Virus record (IMG/VR): IMGVR_UViG_3300028797_000093 | Length of the DNA: 64,000 nucleotides | Source: a virus | Lineage: Duplodnaviria > Caudoviricetes | Direction: 5' to 3' (one strand) | Shown here: piece after piece, positions 59,388 to 64,000 of the stretch | Position numbering within the stretch: the stretch's first letter is position 1 | How the letters are laid out: each line of letters begins with the position of its first letter | Program-made: the position numbers and the translations under genes | Notes under the pieces: generated by a model | The model's database searches: none | Seen by the model: only the letters and a program-made list of their open reading frames with translations | What the model was told of the DNA's origin: nothing

Positions 59388-61196
59388 TTAGGTAGCTGCG
59401 ATAGCTCCGAGCTGATGCCGTGTAAAAAGCAGTTCATCTGCAGTGGCAGACTCAGCTTCAATCTTAGTTCCACACTTAGGACATGTGCACTCAGGAACCT
59501 GATAGGTAATAATAATATTATCATTATCCATTTTCCTGATATGACCCAATAGAGTAATATATTCATCAGAGGAAAGAGAATTGATGATATTATAACATAC
59601 TCTAATCTTATTGGCAATAGTCTTAGTCTGATCGTTTGCTACAGGCTTAAAGTCTACTGGAATAAGCTCTTCATTTTCTCCATCAATGAAGTAAATCTCA
59701 TCAATGAAAGAATAAATATCAATTAGGTCAGCATACTTCTCCAGGAATTGCTGACTTAGAGATGCAGCCTCAATAACAACAGACCAAATTGTTGGCATAG
59801 TGAGACTTACAGCATAATTATCAGAGATCTGAACTAGATCATTTTCAATCTCGTGATTTCTCGTTGTAGTATCATGCTCAAAGATCTTCTTTACAAGACT
59901 TTCAGCATCATCATTTACATACTTAATCATATCATCAATATTAATATCTGCAATAAAAGTATGTTTACACTTTGGATTAGTGCATTCTCTATTCATAAAG
60001 TTATTTTTTCCAAAGGTAGCTTTATAAATGCAAAAATAATAATGCTCCAGATCATGATATGGAGTGGTCTTAAGCCAAGCTTCAAACTCAGGCTTATTGT
60101 TATCAATAATATGATCATAGATAATTCTATAGATATCTCTGTAAGTATTCAATCTATTTCTATTGCTATTTCTAGGATCAAGTTTAATAATCTCAGTACC
60201 ACTGATAGCACTACAAGAGATAGATCTCCTAGATACAGGAAGTACCCAGTCAGCAATATTAGTCTCTGCCTTAGTAATCTTCATAATAGAACTAATACTG
60301 ACAGGCTTCTTCTTAATCTTAAACCTCTCTAGATCAAATTTCTTAATTGGATTAATATTGTTCTTGATCTGAGTCTTGATCTCATCGACAACTTTCTGTC
60401 TATCTTCTTCAGACATATCCTCAAGATCAGGAGCATCAGGAGTTTCATCTTCATCAGAAGAATATGAATCCCCATCTTCTTCATCTACATCATCTTTAAA
60501 GATATCATCTTCCTCATCGGCAAGATCTTCAAGAATAGTATTTGTACTATTCTTATATTCTTCATATTCATCTTTCTCTTCAACAGGAGCTACAGGTTCC
60601 TGTTTCTTTTCTTCTACAACAGGAGTTTTCTTCTTAGAGCTATGAGCCCTTACAAACTCCTCATCAACATCATCTTCGTTCTCTTCAAGAGAACCTGCTT
60701 CATCATCCTTAAAGAGATCATCAAATTCAGAAGATGTTTGTCCTTCAGGAGCATCAGGTACATTGGAAGCACCATCAACAGGATCTACACCCATTTCAAA
60801 TGCTTCTTCCTGAGCTTCCTCAATAATTCCTTCATGAAGTTCTTGAGTCTGTCTCTTTGTTCTCTCAAGAGCTTCATCCAGCTGATCAAACAGAGCATTC
60901 TCCATTGTAGGACCCTGGAGATCTTCATCCTTAGCAGCAAATACTTTAGGATTAATAGGATTCAGGTCAGCAAGACTGATAGCTTTCTGACTTGGAACTG
61001 ACTGAGTGACAGGTACAAAAGTCTTAAACTCATTAGCTGCCTTTTCAGCAGCTTCTTCTACTTTCTTCTCAAGATCCAGCTTAGGAATATCTTCTACGTT
61101 ATCATATACTGGTGATCTACGAACACCTCTATATTCCTTAGCTGCTTTTTCAGTTCTATTGTCCGATTCTGGTGGTGTAATTTTCTTTGTTGCCAT
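59388..61196 (-). CDS. Baseplate hub assembly-like protein with acidic N-terminal half
   Basis: Zn ligands CTNPKC and CPKC near the C-terminus as in T4-like hub assembly proteins; next to a gp25-like gene. Confidence 0.5.
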   Translation of the reverse strand: MATKKITPPESDNRTEKAAKEYRGVRRSPVYDNVEDIPKLDLEKKVEEAAEKAANEFKTFVPVTQSVPSQKAISLADLNPINPKVFAAKDEDLQGPTMENALFDQLDEALERTKRQTQELHEGIIEEAQEEAFEMGVDPVDGASNVPDAPEGQTSSEFDDLFKDDEAGSLEENEDDVDEEFVRAHSSKKKTPVVEEKKQEPVAPVEEKDEYEEYKNSTNTILEDLADEEDDIFKDDVDEEDGDSYSSDEDETPDAPDLEDMSEEDRQKVVDEIKTQIKNNINPIKKFDLERFKIKKKPVSISSIMKITKAETNIADWVLPVSRRSISCSAISGTEIIKLDPRNSNRNRLNTYRDIYRIIYDHIIDNNKPEFEAWLKTTPYHDLEHYYFCIYKATFGKNNFMNRECTNPKCKHTFIADINIDDMIKYVNDDAESLVKKIFEHDTTTRNHEIENDLVQISDNYAVSLTMPTIWSVVIEAASLSQQFLEKYADLIDIYSFIDEIYFIDGENEELIPVDFKPVANDQTKTIANKIRVCYNIINSLSSDEYITLLGHIRKMDNDNIIITYQVPECTCPKCGTKIEAESATADELLFTRHQLGAIAAT

Positions 61197-61203
61197 ATCC
61201 TTG

Positions 61204-61590
61204 TTATCCTCCCATGATTTCGTTTAGAGATCTATAGTCTGTATTAATTCTAAAAGCTTCATCTACAGAAATCATATATACAGTCTTATTGAAAGTAGCT
61301 GTGATATAATACATTCTTTGAAACTCTCTTACATTAATAACTATACCAGTCAATACTGGTATATACTTAGTAATCTGATTTTGGAAATCTCTCTGCAGTT
61401 CATCTGCATGTCCCAAAAAACTATATCTATATTTAGATACAATACCAACACCCATTTCAGGATGTGTATCAAAAGTATTAGGTTCTAACAGTAGTAATTG
61501 AACCAATAATTTACAAACTGCATCAGGACCTGATTTAACCTCAGGTTCCAGAAAAGTGTTTACAGATAATGTATATTCATTTAGAGCCAA
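61204..61590 (-). CDS. gp25-like baseplate wedge protein
   Basis: 128 aa; LLLLEPNTFDTHPEMGVGI resembles the gp25 pattern; late motif at 61622-61633. Confidence 0.55.
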   Translation of the reverse strand: MALNEYTLSVNTFLEPEVKSGPDAVCKLLVQLLLLEPNTFDTHPEMGVGIVSKYRYSFLGHADELQRDFQNQITKYIPVLTGIVINVREFQRMYYITATFNKTVYMISVDEAFRINTDYRSLNEIMGG

Positions 61591-61729
61591 TTGAATATCA
61601 ACTCCTCTCTTCTAATTATATTACCAAATTGTTTAGTGAATTAAAAAATTATAAGAGATAAAAATAATATATGAAATTAGTATTAGATTATATATCATAA
61701 GATAGAAATTTAATAATGGAGGAAACGTA

Positions 61730-62575
61730 ATGAATGATTTAACTGATAATATTAAACAGACATACGTTTGTACAGAATGTAATCATAGTGTATCTTTTAA
61801 TATCAGTAATAGTTTAAATATAACTGATGAGAATGGCAATGATATTGATCCTAAATATAAAATTGATATTCTTAAAGACTATATTCGTAATGATATTATT
61901 AGTGGAAAATATGTAGATGTATTTTGCCCCAAATGTGGATATTCTATGAAGCCTATTAGATCTAAGTTTATTACTATATATAAAGCTTTTAATAGAAAAG
62001 GATATAATGTAGATACAGATCCGAGTTCTGATACTGTATATTGGTATAACTATAAAGAAAATAAACGGGTTGAAGTTAAAGCAAATATTGTAATTTTCAA
62101 TATTCATGATATTCTATATGATATTTTCTATAGACTATTTTATCTTCCATCATTTGAAAATAATAAAAAGAAGCTTACAGAAGAGAATTTTAAATTCTTA
62201 TATGATGATATTGCCAATGGTTTTTGTAAACCCTTTAAACAAGATCCTAAACATAAAGTAAAATATGATGATCTTATAGAAGGATATATTGAAACGATAT
62301 TAGATATTATGATTGATCACCTACTCAATCATCCTATTAGATTCTTTGAATTGCTTAACTTTAAAGAAGAAGAAGAGTTTAATAATCAGCTCACCCCATA
62401 TAATTATCAACCTCGCATAGAAGAAGATATTATTACTGTAACTTGTGAAACTAATAAAACTCTTCTAGAATTGTGTAAGAAACTTCCTAATCTGAGAGAC
62501 ATAAATGAAGTAGTTGATCTATTCAGGAAGTGGATTCCTATGTATGAAGAAGACTTTAGAAAAGATTATTTCTAA
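61730..62575 (+). CDS. Hypothetical protein with N-terminal Zn ribbon
   Basis: CTEC...CPKCG; GGAGG RBS. Confidence 0.7.
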   Translation: MNDLTDNIKQTYVCTECNHSVSFNISNSLNITDENGNDIDPKYKIDILKDYIRNDIISGKYVDVFCPKCGYSMKPIRSKFITIYKAFNRKGYNVDTDPSSDTVYWYNYKENKRVEVKANIVIFNIHDILYDIFYRLFYLPSFENNKKKLTEENFKFLYDDIANGFCKPFKQDPKHKVKYDDLIEGYIETILDIMIDHLLNHPIRFFELLNFKEEEEFNNQLTPYNYQPRIEEDIITVTCETNKTLLELCKKLPNLRDINEVVDLFRKWIPMYEEDFRKDYF

Positions 62576-62634
62576 TAATAAAAATAAAGGAGTAACCTAT
62601 TATGGTTACCCCTTTATTTTTTCTATATTAAATT

Positions 62635-63024
62635 TTATTTCTTTCTACTGTGGAATAGTCTTCTTAGAAAACTCAGTATATTATTTCTAATATATCTGAT
62701 TTTCTTATCGCTAAAGAATAGTTGTGAATACTTTTCATTTTCTATGTATATGGATACTGTAGAAGGAGAATGGTCAATTACATTAGACACATTGTTGAGA
62801 TTGAATGAAGTTATATGACACATATCTGTATAGTTATTTTTATCACATTCACAAACTATATATAGAGTACGTATCATATAATATTGAAATACTCCATTTT
62901 TGGTCCTTTTATATATCCTCTTAAAAAAGAAATTATCACCATCTGATTTTATCTCATATACATAGTTCATTGAAGATATTCTATTAAGAATATCATTAAT
63001 TTCTTCCCTGGTATAAGTCTTCAA
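62635..63024 (-). CDS. Hypothetical protein
   Basis: 129 aa, TTG start after AAAGGTGG. Confidence 0.6.
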   Translation of the reverse strand: MKTYTREEINDILNRISSMNYVYEIKSDGDNFFFKRIYKRTKNGVFQYYMIRTLYIVCECDKNNYTDMCHITSFNLNNVSNVIDHSPSTVSIYIENEKYSQLFFSDKKIRYIRNNILSFLRRLFHSRKK

Positions 63025-63148
63025 TATGTATATTAAACCACCTTTCTCTTACTACTTATACAGAAATAAGCGATTTGGTGAGTTTATCTATTGCTATTAT
63101 GTTATAAAAAAGAAAGTAATAGACGTTAATCTATTACTTTCTATAATA

Positions 63149-63625
63149 TTACCAAGACATCTTAAATATCATTCCATCCTGCCAAGCTTCAATGAAAGTA
63201 TTAAAGGCTTCTACTCCTTTAAACTTATCATCAAAGTATCTGGCTTGAGGATATTTATCTTTAAAATCAATATATTTCTTCATAGCATTTATCATACCCT
63301 TCTTTGTAGTACAAATACATGTAGTGGGTTTCTTATGATAAAAGAATTTATTAGTAAAGAACCATCCTTGTCTATATCGTACTATATCACAAGCAATATA
63401 TTGCATCTTTCCAAATTCATCATCATATAATGTATTCCAATCTAATTTATCAAGAAGCTTCTTATATCTATGATAAGACTTATACCCCTTAAACATACGA
63501 AGCTCATCACTTTTTATGAGAAATGAACTTTCATTAAGACTCATTATTTCCCAATTAAACAGAGCATCAAAAGAACTAAAGAGTTTATCATACTTAGGTT
63601 TTAAAAGAACCATGTAAGCACTCAT
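63149..63625 (-). CDS. Hypothetical protein, paralog of 63632..63988
   Basis: Shared P...I.T.K..M...K.Y...G...F...W..GM.F.M C-terminus. Confidence 0.65.
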   Translation of the reverse strand: MSAYMVLLKPKYDKLFSSFDALFNWEIMSLNESSFLIKSDELRMFKGYKSYHRYKKLLDKLDWNTLYDDEFGKMQYIACDIVRYRQGWFFTNKFFYHKKPTTCICTTKKGMINAMKKYIDFKDKYPQARYFDDKFKGVEAFNTFIEAWQDGMIFKMSW

Positions 63626-63631
63626 GTTAAT

Positions 63632-63988
63632 TTACTCCTTATACATTTCAAAATACATGCCATTCTCCCATTTAATAGACATAAATTTATCATATATAGC
63701 TCTGCCATCTTCATCATCTAGCAAATAATTCTTAAGAAGTCTACTCATATCTCTCTTACTGGTTCCAATAGCATATTGGATAGGTCTTCTAAAGAATTTG
63801 TTTATGTCAATACCATGTCTCCTATGATGATATTTCATTAGTTCTATTATTTCTATACTACTTGTAATTATTTCATCACCATCATATAGTATATATCTCT
63901 TTGCTACATCATCATTTAACAGAAAACTGGATAGTTTCTGTTCAAGTCTCATATAGGTCTTTTTATGATTAAGCTCTTTTTTAAACAT
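63632..63988 (-). CDS. Hypothetical protein, paralog of 63149..63625
   Basis: Shared C-terminal pattern; may extend beyond the window end. Confidence 0.6.
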   Translation of the reverse strand: MFKKELNHKKTYMRLEQKLSSFLLNDDVAKRYILYDGDEIITSSIEIIELMKYHHRRHGIDINKFFRRPIQYAIGTSKRDMSRLLKNYLLDDEDGRAIYDKFMSIKWENGMYFEMYKE

Positions 63989-64000
63989 AAGAAGATTATT

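Noticed and set aside
1-64000. Alternative genetic code, introns/inteins, tRNA genes
   Set aside because: Conserved genes are full length in the standard code with dense coding; no intein motifs, split genes or tRNA cloverleafs were recognised by eye (tRNAscan not run).

Overview
AT-rich segment of a jumbo bacteriophage genome, most likely of the phiKZ/AR9(PBS1)-like type and probably infecting a Firmicute; most genes are on the minus strand. It encodes GyrA and GyrB, a split multisubunit RNA polymerase beta' N-terminal subunit with the DFDGD catalytic motif, the probable major capsid protein, baseplate-like and giant virion proteins, RtcB, DHH and MYG1 phosphoesterases, a Zn-dependent deaminase, a holin and a secreted lysozyme. 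Many transcription units start at an AACA-N6-TA motif matching the AR9 late-promoter consensus. The most unusual signal is three intergenic tandem arrays (3461-4402, 38518-38828, 42103-42735) holding 12 different ~150-165 bp cassettes with no attached N-terminal gene body. Each reads as the C-terminal variable region of a C-type-lectin-fold DGR target (..RGGxxxxGxxCGxFxV..W..GAALSFK) and shows the NNY codon pattern of adenine-directed mutagenesis. Every array starts right after a terminator hairpin. No reverse transcriptase, template repeat or full-length target gene is in the window, so this looks like an archive of DGR-diversified receptor-binding tips (inference). Also present: a candidate virion-modification module (GPT collagen, radical SAM/SPASM maturase, ~40-Cys CxxxC substrate, two GT2-TPR glycosyltransferases) and a set of otherwise mostly unrelated proteins sharing an N-terminal 'NPIxLNE' leader resembling a capsid-targeting propeptide. 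All calls are from motif recognition by eye; no database searches were run.
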